Shown: one piece after another, positions 9,472-18,858 of the stretch
Numbering within the stretch: position 1 is the first letter of the stretch
Layout: every line of letters begins with the position of its first letter
From: Sphaerospermopsis sp. SIO1G1
GTDB taxonomy: Bacteria; Cyanobacteriota; Cyanobacteriia; Cyanobacteriales; Nostocaceae
Assembly: GCA_010672785.1 (NCBI GenBank)
Contig: JAAHFX010000009.1
Span: forward strand, 2,690-66,689
Direction of reading: 5' to 3'
Length of the DNA stretch: 64,000 bases
Notes under the pieces: model-generated
The model's database searches: none
Seen by the model: the letters and a program-made list of their open reading frames with translations, nothing else
What the model was told of the DNA's origin: nothing
Program-made: the position numbers and the translations under genes

Positions 9472-10668
9472 GTGAATTTACGTCAATTAGTTCCCATTTT
9501 TGATAATCCTGTCTCCGGTTGGGCATTAGAAGCCCGTATATTACGCTGGTTAACTCTTGTGTGGCTATTTATGGGTTTGGTAGTGCTTTTTTCTGCTTCA
9601 TACCCAGTAGCAGACGAACGCCAAGGAGACGGAATGTATTATTTTAAGCGTCAAATTATTTGGGTTTTGGTTTCATTAATCATTTTCAACATAATTGTTA
9701 ATTTACCTCTGCATAGAATTTTAGGAGTATCCCATTGGTTTTTTATACTCTTCCTGGGATTAATTTTTATCACCCTTGTTCCCGGTTTAGGGAAAAAAGC
9801 TTTTGATTCTGCTCGTTGGATAGCAATTGGCCCTATTCCCATTCAACCATCAGAATTAGTCAAACCTTTTTTAGTTTTACAAAGTGCTAGGGTATTCGGG
9901 CGATGGGAAAAACTAAGCTGGGGAATTCGGATAGCTTGGTTAGTGATGTTTTGTTTAGTATTATTAGGAATTTTAGCTCAACCTAATTTAAGTACAACTG
10001 CTCTTTGTGGGATGACAATTTGGTTAATAGCCTTAGCAGGAGGAATACCATATCAATATCTAGGAGGAACAGCTGTAGGTGGGTTTTTATTAGCATTAAT
10101 GAGCATTTCCATTAAAGAATATCAACGCCGTCGGGTAATGTCTTTTCTTAATCCTTGGGCTGATCCTACAGGTGATGGTTATCAGTTAATACAAAGTTTA
10201 TTAGCAATAGGTTCAGGTCAAACTTGGGGGGCTGGATTTGGATTTTCACAACAAAAATTATTTTATTTACCAATTCAAGATACTGATTTTATCTTTGCTG
10301 TGTTTGCGGAAGAATTTGGTTTTGTCGGTAGCATCTTACTCTTATTAATGTTAGCAGCATTTACTACTTTAGGATTTATGGTAGCAATGAAGGCTAAAAA
10401 TGTCATTCATCGTCTGTTAGCAATTGGAATTACAGTTGTAATTATCGGGCAATCATTACTACATATTGGTGTTGCAACCGGTGCATTACCAACCACAGGT
10501 TTACCTCTACCTATGTTTAGTTATGGTGGGAATTCTATGATTTCTAGTTTAGTTGCTTGTGCTTTGTTAATTCGTGTAGCTAGGGAAAGTAGTGAAGCGG
10601 AAGTAGTACCTTTACCAATTAATCAACAAGAAACTAAAAGAAGAAGGAGAAGGAGAAGGAAAAGTTAA
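9472..10668 (+). CDS. ftsW: SEDS family cell division protein FtsW
   Basis: ARWIAIGPIPIQPSELVKP, GYQLIQSLLAIGSG, LPIQDTDFIFAVFAEEFGF, TGLPLPMFSYGG. Confidence 0.9.
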   Translation: MNLRQLVPIFDNPVSGWALEARILRWLTLVWLFMGLVVLFSASYPVADERQGDGMYYFKRQIIWVLVSLIIFNIIVNLPLHRILGVSHWFFILFLGLIFITLVPGLGKKAFDSARWIAIGPIPIQPSELVKPFLVLQSARVFGRWEKLSWGIRIAWLVMFCLVLLGILAQPNLSTTALCGMTIWLIALAGGIPYQYLGGTAVGGFLLALMSISIKEYQRRRVMSFLNPWADPTGDGYQLIQSLLAIGSGQTWGAGFGFSQQKLFYLPIQDTDFIFAVFAEEFGFVGSILLLLMLAAFTTLGFMVAMKAKNVIHRLLAIGITVVIIGQSLLHIGVATGALPTTGLPLPMFSYGGNSMISSLVACALLIRVARESSEAEVVPLPINQQETKRRRRRRRKS

Positions 10669-10673
10669 TTTTT

Positions 10674-10700
10674 CAGTTATCAGTTATCAGTTATCAGTTA
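10674..10700. repeat. STRR heptamer tract (CAGTTAT)n
   Basis: About 4 units directly after the ftsW stop codon. Confidence 0.85.
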
Positions 10701-10805
10701 CAGCAGATTTCTTTGCTATGAGGTACAAATTGTAATCATGGAACTCTTGTGGGGTGGGCATCTTGCCCGCCAATAGTGTACCTCATTACACCGGAAAATG
10801 CTGTA
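10699..10805 (+). mobile_element. 107-bp MITE-like repeat, family B (TACAGCA...TGCTGTA) with internal REP-like palindrome
   Basis: Same length and near-identical to 18217-18323 (direct) and 27299-27405 (inverted); core CTCTTGTGGGGTGGGCATCTTGCCCGCCAA. Confidence 0.85.
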
Positions 10806-10950
10806 TCTCATCATGAAATCTGGATATCTGCACTAAAGGCAAAAAAATTCCCAGAGTCTATGAGATTTATAAACCCATACATCTCCAGGAATTTATTCAG
10901 CAGGTTCAGATTTTAACTGACAGCTGAAAACTGATTGTTGAAATACTTAC

Positions 10951-13053
10951 CTAACCATCATAGGATTGATAGGTTAAATTTTCTGGAGCAGGAAAACTTG
11001 GTGTTGTGTGTCTTGAACTTCCGTTTCTGTGGTTTTCTAATTCCACCATATACTGAATCTCATGTGCAGCCACAGGAATATTTTCTTGGTTGAAACGTTC
11101 CTGAATCATCTGTATCAACTCATCATAAACATACCAAAAGTCTGCGTGAGTTGCCCATGCACCTACATACATGGTCATATAATATCCTTCATAATTCCAT
11201 AAAAATGTTGATGGTTTGGGATTTTCTAGAACTTTGGGATGAGATGTCAAAATTTCCATCAATAGGTTTCTGACTCTTGTCAAATCTTCTTCAAGTCCTA
11301 CTCGCAATAACAGACTAACCATGCGAATGTCACCGTGACTGAGATTTTCAATCATGCCGCTCCAAACAGTATTGTTAGGAATAACATACATCTGTCCAGT
11401 GAAGCCTGAAATTTTGGTACTAGCTAAAGAAATGGAATCTACATAACCCCAAATACCACCGAGTTTAACTTCATCACCAATATCAAAGGGTTTGTTAAAC
11501 ATAATCATCAAACCACTAGCAAAGTTACCCAAATTACTTTGCAAAGCGAATGCTAAGACGAAACTCGCACCCCCAACTAAAGCTAAGATTGGTCCCAGGC
11601 TAACTTCTAATGCTGTCAGTGCTAACAACACACCTACAACAACACCACCACGCTTGACAACCATCACTATGAACTGACGTAGTAGTTCAGAACCACCGTT
11701 CAATTGTTGCAGAGATTTATTAACAATATTCCCTAATGATTGAGAAACGAAGAAAGAAACACCAATAATTCCTACAAATTTACCGATGTTAATGGCCCAA
11801 CGTATACCACCTTCTTCCGATTGTAACCAACTCATAATCCTGACCCCTGCACCTTCAGTATCTTGTAAATCAATCGTAATGATACTGATGGCTTCAATAT
11901 ATTTTTTGTAGGAATCAGGAGTTCCACCTTTACGTTCTAGTTCATCAAGAACTACTTTGAATCTATCAACTAAGGCGGTTCTTTCAGATTGTAGTTCTGT
12001 AACTGTCGCTACGAGTTGATTTTTTAATTCAGCTTCTTCTTGAGCATTTTTATCTAAATTTTCTGCTGCTTGTTCTAATTTATCCCCTTGTTGCTGGATG
12101 CTTTCTTGATCTTTTAAGGAATCTACTGAACCAGCCACTTTTGTACTACCATCGCCATCAATTTGAGTATTATTCAGGGCTGCTTCTGTTTGATTTAATT
12201 CCTGAGAAGATTTTTCGGTTGTATCTTGTGTTTTCACACCTTCTACTTCGTCAACAATTGTCAGGAGATTTTTCTGTGCTGTTTCTAATTGTTGGGTAGC
12301 TGCTTCAAATTCTGCTGAATCAGGAACAGTTTCTTTTTGTTTGTTTTGTGCATCTTCAAAGTCTTTAATTGCTGCCTCTAATCTATCAATTTTTTGGGTA
12401 GCATTGTCATAAGCTAAAGAACCGGCTGTTAATTGTTCTCGCTGGCTTCTAAGCTTGTCTAAATCTACTTTTCCTCGGTCTAAGACTTCTGTTTCTTTTG
12501 CCTTGTCTATGGCATCCTTTAAGTTACTATCCTGTTGGATATCTTTTTTAGCTTCCTGGGCTGCTTGAATAGAATCTTGTGCCTTTTGTAAGTTATCCTT
12601 GGCTTCTTCAAATTTTTTAGTCGCCTCTTCATACTCTGAAGAACCAGGAGCAGCAGATTTCAGTTGTTCTTCAGCCTTACTGAGAGATTCCTGAGCATTT
12701 TTTAAAGCATCCGCAGCTTCTTGTTGTTTATTAATACTTTCGTTCTGTCGCTTAATAGCTATTTCTGCATCACTAACTTGTTGGACTTTGGTCTTGAGTA
12801 AAATTAACCAAGCTGCTGATTCATTTTCCAATTCCGCTAATGTTAGTGGCTTGAGTAACAATTCTAATTGATCAACTGGAACTGTTGGATCTTGAGTGGT
12901 GATCGCAAACTCAGGATTTCCACTAGTAGCAGGTTGAACTTTTTCGCTTGTTTCTGTTTCTGCCGCATTTTCTTGAGTTTTAGCTGGCATACTCCACAGT
13001 GTAAATAGGCACACTACACTGGCAATAACTACGGCACGTACTCGGTAGCGCAT
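10951..13053 (-). CDS. Large mechanosensitive channel (MscS family) with long periplasmic coiled-coil N-terminus
   Basis: Signal peptide, ~400 aa acidic helical region, then GASFVLAFALQSNLGNFASGLMIMFNKPFDIGDEV (MscS core). Confidence 0.88.
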   Translation of the reverse strand: MRYRVRAVVIASVVCLFTLWSMPAKTQENAAETETSEKVQPATSGNPEFAITTQDPTVPVDQLELLLKPLTLAELENESAAWLILLKTKVQQVSDAEIAIKRQNESINKQQEAADALKNAQESLSKAEEQLKSAAPGSSEYEEATKKFEEAKDNLQKAQDSIQAAQEAKKDIQQDSNLKDAIDKAKETEVLDRGKVDLDKLRSQREQLTAGSLAYDNATQKIDRLEAAIKDFEDAQNKQKETVPDSAEFEAATQQLETAQKNLLTIVDEVEGVKTQDTTEKSSQELNQTEAALNNTQIDGDGSTKVAGSVDSLKDQESIQQQGDKLEQAAENLDKNAQEEAELKNQLVATVTELQSERTALVDRFKVVLDELERKGGTPDSYKKYIEAISIITIDLQDTEGAGVRIMSWLQSEEGGIRWAINIGKFVGIIGVSFFVSQSLGNIVNKSLQQLNGGSELLRQFIVMVVKRGGVVVGVLLALTALEVSLGPILALVGGASFVLAFALQSNLGNFASGLMIMFNKPFDIGDEVKLGGIWGYVDSISLASTKISGFTGQMYVIPNNTVWSGMIENLSHGDIRMVSLLLRVGLEEDLTRVRNLLMEILTSHPKVLENPKPSTFLWNYEGYYMTMYVGAWATHADFWYVYDELIQMIQERFNQENIPVAAHEIQYMVELENHRNGSSRHTTPSFPAPENLTYQSYDG

Positions 13054-13305
13054 AAATGTTTTACCTATGAATAAAAGATGAGGACGGATTGATTAATTAA
13101 ACAAAATACTGTAGAGTACTTCATTGTTTTACATAGTTAATATTAATATAAGATTTGAGATAAATGAAAAATTACCTTAGATAAAACAAGATATCTTAAT
13201 TTTTCTTTAGCAAGTCAGCTATTTTAGTCAGTAAAACGCCAGCAGATAATTAAATTTCTCAAAAATGTACCAGTATGGTTTAATTGAGAGGATAAACATA
13301 AAAAT

Positions 13306-14694
13306 GTGCATTTTAAACATTTACAAAACTCTTATTACACCATGCAAACAATTCATAAGTCAAATCAAGCACTTGTAGACAAAGTTCCTAATCTTAGTAA
13401 TTGTATTTGTGAGAACTTAATTAATTATTTTCTAGAGTCTTGGGAAATTGAAGAAACACTACTCAAAAGTATAATAAACCAAAATACATTTTATCTCAAT
13501 CCTGATCCTTTAAGAAATAAACTAATCTTTTATCTGGGACATTCAGCAGTTTTCTATATCAATAAGTTAATTCGAGTTGGGTTATTAGAACAACCCATTC
13601 ATCCCCAGTTTGAAATATTATTTGAAATTGGAGTTGATCCAGAAACACCAGAAGAATTAGCAGCAGTAACAAAAGATATAGAATGGCCGGATGTAGATCA
13701 AGTTTGGCAATATCGAGAACAAGCCAAAAATGCAATTATAAAAATCATCAAAAATACCCCTTTAAATCTACCTATTCAAGCCCAACATCCCCTTTGGGCT
13801 TTATTAATGGCAATTGAACACAGTCGCATTCATTTTGAAACCTCTTCTATGTTGCTGCGACAATTACCTGTAGATAAATTAGAACGTCCTCATGGTTGGA
13901 ATTATGCCCCTACTCAAGGAAAAACTCCTGCAAATCCAATGATAGAAATTCCTGGTGGAGTGGTGAAATTAGGGAAAAGAACTGATGATTTAACCTTTGC
14001 TTGGGACATGGAATATGGTAGTTTGGAAGTGGAAGTAAAACCCTTTTTAGCTAGTCAAAATTTAATCACCAATGGGGAATTTTTAGAATTTGTGCAAGCT
14101 GGTGGTTATGAAAATTCCGACCATTGGGATGTGGAAGGGTGGAATTGGCAGCAGTTAAATAATGTACAACATCCGAAATTTTGGATACCTGAAAAGCCAG
14201 GTAATTATCGTTATCGTGCTACTTTTGATGAACTAGATTTACCTTTAGATTGGCCAGTAGAAGTCAATTTTTATGAAGCAATTGCCTACTGTTGTTGGCG
14301 GGGTAAAGGGACTCGGTTAATGACCGAAGCAGAATGGAATCAAGCCTTAATTTTTTCTGAGCAAAATTGTTTAGAAAATAGCTATAACCTCAATTTAAAA
14401 TATATTTCACCCTCCCCTGTAGGAATGTTGACAGATTCTCAAAAATCAGTAATTTCTGATTTACGGGGTAATGTTTGGGAATGGTTATCTAGTAAATTTT
14501 ATCCCTTACCAGGATTTGCACCTAATTATCTTTACGAAGATAATGCTCAACCTTTTTTTGATGATAAACATCAGATGATGTTGGGTGGTTCTTGGGCAAC
14601 TAATGGTACAATGGCTTTGCCTTGTTATAGAAATTGGTTTCGTCCTTTTTTCTATCAGCACGTTGGTTTTAGAATTGCTGAAAGTCTAGCCTAG
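13306..14694 (+). CDS. Short OvoA-type 5-histidylcysteine sulfoxide synthase homolog without a C-terminal methyltransferase; likely ergothioneine sulfoxide synthase
   Basis: LRNKLIFYLGHSAVFYINKL (OvoA-like DinB domain); iron motif H-x3-H-x-E (HSRIHFE); FGE-sulfatase domain (GNVWEW, GGSW, YRNWFRPFFYQHVGFR). A later start at ATG 13342 is likely. Confidence 0.85.
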   Translation: MHFKHLQNSYYTMQTIHKSNQALVDKVPNLSNCICENLINYFLESWEIEETLLKSIINQNTFYLNPDPLRNKLIFYLGHSAVFYINKLIRVGLLEQPIHPQFEILFEIGVDPETPEELAAVTKDIEWPDVDQVWQYREQAKNAIIKIIKNTPLNLPIQAQHPLWALLMAIEHSRIHFETSSMLLRQLPVDKLERPHGWNYAPTQGKTPANPMIEIPGGVVKLGKRTDDLTFAWDMEYGSLEVEVKPFLASQNLITNGEFLEFVQAGGYENSDHWDVEGWNWQQLNNVQHPKFWIPEKPGNYRYRATFDELDLPLDWPVEVNFYEAIAYCCWRGKGTRLMTEAEWNQALIFSEQNCLENSYNLNLKYISPSPVGMLTDSQKSVISDLRGNVWEWLSSKFYPLPGFAPNYLYEDNAQPFFDDKHQMMLGGSWATNGTMALPCYRNWFRPFFYQHVGFRIAESLA

Positions 14695-14797
14695 GTGAAA
14701 GGTGACAGTTTTCAAAAACTGTTTATATATGGCTGCATAGCCAAAAAAAAAGATCAAAAAAATTGTCAATAGTTAATTCCCCAGGGCGTAGTAAACC

Positions 14798-15787
14798 ATG
14801 ATTTCAAAAACATTGGAAGCAGAGAATTTAACGGTTTTAGATCATCACTATCATGAACTAAAAGATGAAGGGCAAGATGTAATTAAGGGTTTGAGTAATA
14901 GTCCTAAAACTCTATCTCCTAAGTATTTGTATGATGATCGAGGCTCTTTGTTGTTTGAAGAAATATGTGATTTACCAGAATATTATCCTACTCGTACAGA
15001 AGCAGGGATTTTAAAACAATATGCTGATGAAATTGCAGAAATTACAGGTTGTTGTGAGTTGATAGAATTAGGTAGTGGTAGTTCTACCAAAACCCAGTTT
15101 TTATTAGATGCTTATCAAAAGATTTCTGACTATTGTAAATATCTACCCATTGATGTTAGTGGTAGCATTCTTAAAACCAGTGTTTTACAGTTACAAGAGA
15201 AATATCCTGAATTTCAGGTTCATGGTTTATTAGGAACTTATGAACAGGCGTTAGTTCATTTAGAAACTAATTATTTGCAGTCACGGTTGTTATTTTTCTT
15301 GGGAAGTTCTTTAGGGAATTTTAATCCTCAAGAATGTGATCAGTTCTTATCTAAAGTTGCGCGTACTTTACATCCAGGAGATTACTTTTTATTGGGGATT
15401 GATTTACAGAAACCCAAGCATATTTTAGAAGCAGCTTACAACGATGCTCAAGGAGTAACCGCTGCTTTTAATTTGAATATGCTCTCCCATTTGAATTGGC
15501 GTTTTCAAGGTGATTTTGATCTCAAATTATTCAAACACCAGGCAATTTACAATGAAGTTGACAATCAAATCGAGATGTATCTATACTCACAAGGAAGTCA
15601 TTGGGTAAACATCAAAGACTTGAATTTAACAGTTTTCTTTGAAGCAGGAGAAAGTATTTTAACGGAAATCTCCCGGAAGTTTGATTTAACAAACATGAAA
15701 GAAAGTCTACAAAACAAGGGATTAAACCCGGTAAAAACTTGGACAGATGAAAAGGGATGGTTTGGTTTAATTCTTTGCCAAGCTTAA
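14798..15787 (+). CDS. egtD: L-histidine N(alpha)-methyltransferase
   Basis: LSPKYLYD, LPEYYPTRTE, ELGSGSSTKT, GSSLGNF, AYNDAQGVTAAFN, QIEMYL, ILTEISRKF; His-pocket residues intact. Confidence 0.93.
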   Translation: MISKTLEAENLTVLDHHYHELKDEGQDVIKGLSNSPKTLSPKYLYDDRGSLLFEEICDLPEYYPTRTEAGILKQYADEIAEITGCCELIELGSGSSTKTQFLLDAYQKISDYCKYLPIDVSGSILKTSVLQLQEKYPEFQVHGLLGTYEQALVHLETNYLQSRLLFFLGSSLGNFNPQECDQFLSKVARTLHPGDYFLLGIDLQKPKHILEAAYNDAQGVTAAFNLNMLSHLNWRFQGDFDLKLFKHQAIYNEVDNQIEMYLYSQGSHWVNIKDLNLTVFFEAGESILTEISRKFDLTNMKESLQNKGLNPVKTWTDEKGWFGLILCQA

Positions 15788-15828
15788 ATAAAAAACTGGT
15801 GTAATTAACAAGATCAAGAGGAGTAAAA

Positions 15829-16803
15829 ATGGCAAATATAGTTGGAGATAAAAAAGTTGTTCATAAACTAGAAGAAGACGTAAAAGCATTCTTTTTAGAG
15901 CAACTGAATGGCAATTTGTGGCCTTACTTGTATGGAACTCCTCAAAATGAAGATGATTTAGTTAAAGGTGGTATCCTATACAACGAAATGCTTGAAGGTG
16001 AACAAGACTATTACCTTTACAAGTATGAAGCAAAACTTTTCCAAAGCAAAGGAAATGTTCTGACTAACCTCATTGGCCCTGATGCAACATTTATTGAATT
16101 AGGCCCTGGTAGTGAACAAAGTATTCGTCTAAAAACTGTACCTTTACTTCGTTTTTGTCAAAACTTAAAGGGTTACCTAGGAATTGAAATTTCCCAATCT
16201 TTTTTGGATAAAGTTTTAGAAGTAATTAGTTCTGAACTACCTAATATCTATGTATCTGGTATTCAGAATGACTTTACCCAACTGGATAGCTTACCAGAAT
16301 TTGATAAACCTGTAATTTTGTTCAAAGGTAGTACCATTGCTAACTTGAGAAAAGACGAAGTTCCTGTTTTCATGTCTTACATCAAGGAATTAGTCGGTAA
16401 AACTCACTATGTACTCCTTGTACATGATGCAAACCAAGATGAAATTTCCTTAATGAAAGCTTACGATACTCCCAAAATGGCAGTATTTATGGAAAACATC
16501 ATGTGTCGTGTTCATCGTGATATGAATTTAGTTGATTTTGATCCACTGGCATTTCGTTATAAGCCTGAATGGCATTCAGAGTCTCATGATCTTAAGCACG
16601 TTCTCACTGCTACTAAATCACAAAAATTTGTGTTAGGAAATAAAACTGTAGAAATTACAGAAGGACAAAAATTCCACACTTTGAGTTCTTTCAAATATCC
16701 TACGGATGTCTTCCAAAAACTCATTAGTTCTGCTGGATATAAACCAGTAGATTTTGTTTTTGATGAGTCTGGGCGTATGGCTGCTCACATTTTTGAGGGA
16801 TAA
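15829..16803 (+). CDS. EgtD-family SAM-dependent methyltransferase, divergent paralog 1
   Basis: DYYL, FIELGPGS, FKGSTIANL, KAYD, HTLSSFKY align to the EgtD fold, but the side-chain pocket is changed. Confidence 0.82.
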   Translation: MANIVGDKKVVHKLEEDVKAFFLEQLNGNLWPYLYGTPQNEDDLVKGGILYNEMLEGEQDYYLYKYEAKLFQSKGNVLTNLIGPDATFIELGPGSEQSIRLKTVPLLRFCQNLKGYLGIEISQSFLDKVLEVISSELPNIYVSGIQNDFTQLDSLPEFDKPVILFKGSTIANLRKDEVPVFMSYIKELVGKTHYVLLVHDANQDEISLMKAYDTPKMAVFMENIMCRVHRDMNLVDFDPLAFRYKPEWHSESHDLKHVLTATKSQKFVLGNKTVEITEGQKFHTLSSFKYPTDVFQKLISSAGYKPVDFVFDESGRMAAHIFEG

Positions 16804-16881
16804 TACCTAATTATAGCGATCGCCTATCATCAATTAATATTAGTTAACGGTGATAGGCGATATGTATGATTGCAAAAATCA

Positions 16882-17091
16882 TATCAAGAAGTTATCTGGT
16901 AAAAATCAAAAGCTTAAATTAAAAAGTTTTCTGGAAAAATAGAGAAAGTATTTTCACTAAAATATCCCGAAAGTTTGATTGAAAAAAACATAGAAAAACA
17001 TCTGCAAATCAAGGTGTTAAAACCTGTCAAAATCTGGGCAGATGACAATGAATAATTTGATTGGATTTTTGACCAAGCTTAGATAAAAAAC
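16882..17091 (+). pseudogene. Degenerate copy of the egtD 3' end and its downstream spacer
   Basis: For example GAGAAAGTATTTTCAC...AAGTTTGATT...AAAACCTGTCAAAATCTGGGCAGATGA...CCAAGCTTAGATAAAAAAC parallels 15648-15798; contains stops and indels. Confidence 0.8.
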
Positions 17092-17237
17092 AGATTTTAA
17101 AAAGATAGGTTGGCGTTCAAAATTAATCTGTTAATCAATTCCCTATAAATGGGTTAATTCAAAGTTTTCACAAAACTGAACACACATTGGTTTTGTTGTT
17201 TTGGCTTACTTATACAACAACTCATCAGGAGTAAAAA

Positions 17238-18212
17238 ATGACAAATGTAATTGGAGATAAAAAAGTTGTTCATAAACTAGAAGAAGATGCAAAAGCATTC
17301 TTTCTGGATCAACTTGATGGCAATTTGTGGCCTTACTTGTATGGAACTCCCGAAGATGAAAACGACTTAGTTACAGGAGGTATCTTATACAATGAAATAT
17401 TAACACAAGAACCAGATTATTATCTTTACAAATATGAAGCAGAACTTTTCCAAAATAAAGGTGATTTTCTGACTAATATAATTGGTTCGGATGCAACAAT
17501 CATAGAATTAGGCCCTGGTAGTGAACAAAGTGTCCGTTTAAAAACTATACCCTTACTTCGTTCTTTTATTAATTTAAAGGGTTATTTAGGAATTGAAATT
17601 TCTCAATCTTTCTTGGATAAAGCATTAGCAGTAATTAGTTCTGAACTACCTAATATCCATGTGTCTGGCATTCAAAATGACTTTACCCAACTAGAAAGCT
17701 TACCAGAATTTGATAAGCCTGTAATTTTGTTTAAAGGTAGTACAATTGGCAATTTAAGAAAAGATGAAGTTCAAGATTTCATGTCATATATCAAGAACTT
17801 AGTGGGTAAAACTCACTATGTACTCCTTGTACACGATGCAAATCAAGATGAAGTTTCCTTAATGAAAGCTTACAATACACCTAAAGTAGCAATGTTCGTT
17901 AAGAATATCATTTTTCGTTTTCATCGTGATATGAATTTAGTTGATCTTGATCCATCAGCATTTCGTTATCAATCAGAATGGCATTCAGAGTCTCATGATC
18001 TTAAACACATTCTCACTGCTACTAAATCACAAAAATTTGTGTTAGGAAATCAAACTGTAGAAATTAAAGAAGGACAAAAATTCCACACTTTGAGTTCTTT
18101 TAAATATCCCACTGATGTTTTCCAAAAACTCATTAGTTCTGCTGGATATAAACCAGTAGATTTTACTTTTGATGAGTCTGGGCGTATGGCTGCTCATATT
18201 TTTGAGGGCTAG
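17238..18212 (+). CDS. EgtD-family SAM-dependent methyltransferase, divergent paralog 2
   Basis: Same length (324 aa) and colinear with 15829-16803, with long identical blocks (e.g. GQKFHTLSSFKYPTDVFQKLISSAGYKPVDF). Confidence 0.82.
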   Translation: MTNVIGDKKVVHKLEEDAKAFFLDQLDGNLWPYLYGTPEDENDLVTGGILYNEILTQEPDYYLYKYEAELFQNKGDFLTNIIGSDATIIELGPGSEQSVRLKTIPLLRSFINLKGYLGIEISQSFLDKALAVISSELPNIHVSGIQNDFTQLESLPEFDKPVILFKGSTIGNLRKDEVQDFMSYIKNLVGKTHYVLLVHDANQDEVSLMKAYNTPKVAMFVKNIIFRFHRDMNLVDLDPSAFRYQSEWHSESHDLKHILTATKSQKFVLGNQTVEIKEGQKFHTLSSFKYPTDVFQKLISSAGYKPVDFTFDESGRMAAHIFEG

Positions 18213-18216
18213 GATT

Positions 18217-18323
18217 TACAGCAGATTTCATTCATAAGAGTTACAAATCATAATCATAAGACTCTTGTGGGGTGGGCATCTTGCCCGCCAATGATGTACC
18301 TCATGACACTGGAAAGTGCTGTA
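18217..18323 (+). mobile_element. 107-bp MITE-like repeat, family B
   Basis: Direct copy of 10699-10805, located 4 bp after the stop codon of paralog 2. Confidence 0.85.
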
Positions 18324-18858
18324 TTCAGTTGTTTTAACAGCAGGGAGAAAGAGGCAGGGTGCAGGGTGAAGGGTGAAATTAAGTTTGCGCTATTACTTAA
18401 TAAGACGCTATCGAGGTGAGAATATTACCCGAAAGCGTTTTAATTTATCACACAAGAAAGCGCTGTAATTAGGGAATAGACATCCAAAACTCTTGCCTGT
18501 TGCCTCTTAGTCTCTACGGAAACACTTTTTGCTGCAAACCCTAATTACTGATTAAATTAAGATTCCCAGTCACCAATCACCAGTCACTTTTTCTGCAAGC
18601 ACTAATTAATATGGATCTGATTTGAGAGCAATCGCCTCTCCAGAAAATCAAACAATAAAGTTAAAGCAAAATATTGAGAATGATAATCACGTTATGTTAG
18701 TTGGTTTTGTGGCACAAAGCCTTTCTTGTTATTCCATTGGCAAGTATTAGTGTAAATTATGGCTACACAGCGTGTTTTCTAGGAAGGTCAAATCATATCT
18801 AAATGACTTTAATGCTAGAATCATAAGTTGTTCTACCAAAGTCAAACCTAAATAAACA

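Noticed and set aside
13306-18212. Selenoneine/ovoselenol cluster
   Set aside because: No SenB glycosyltransferase or SelD/SenC homolog nearby
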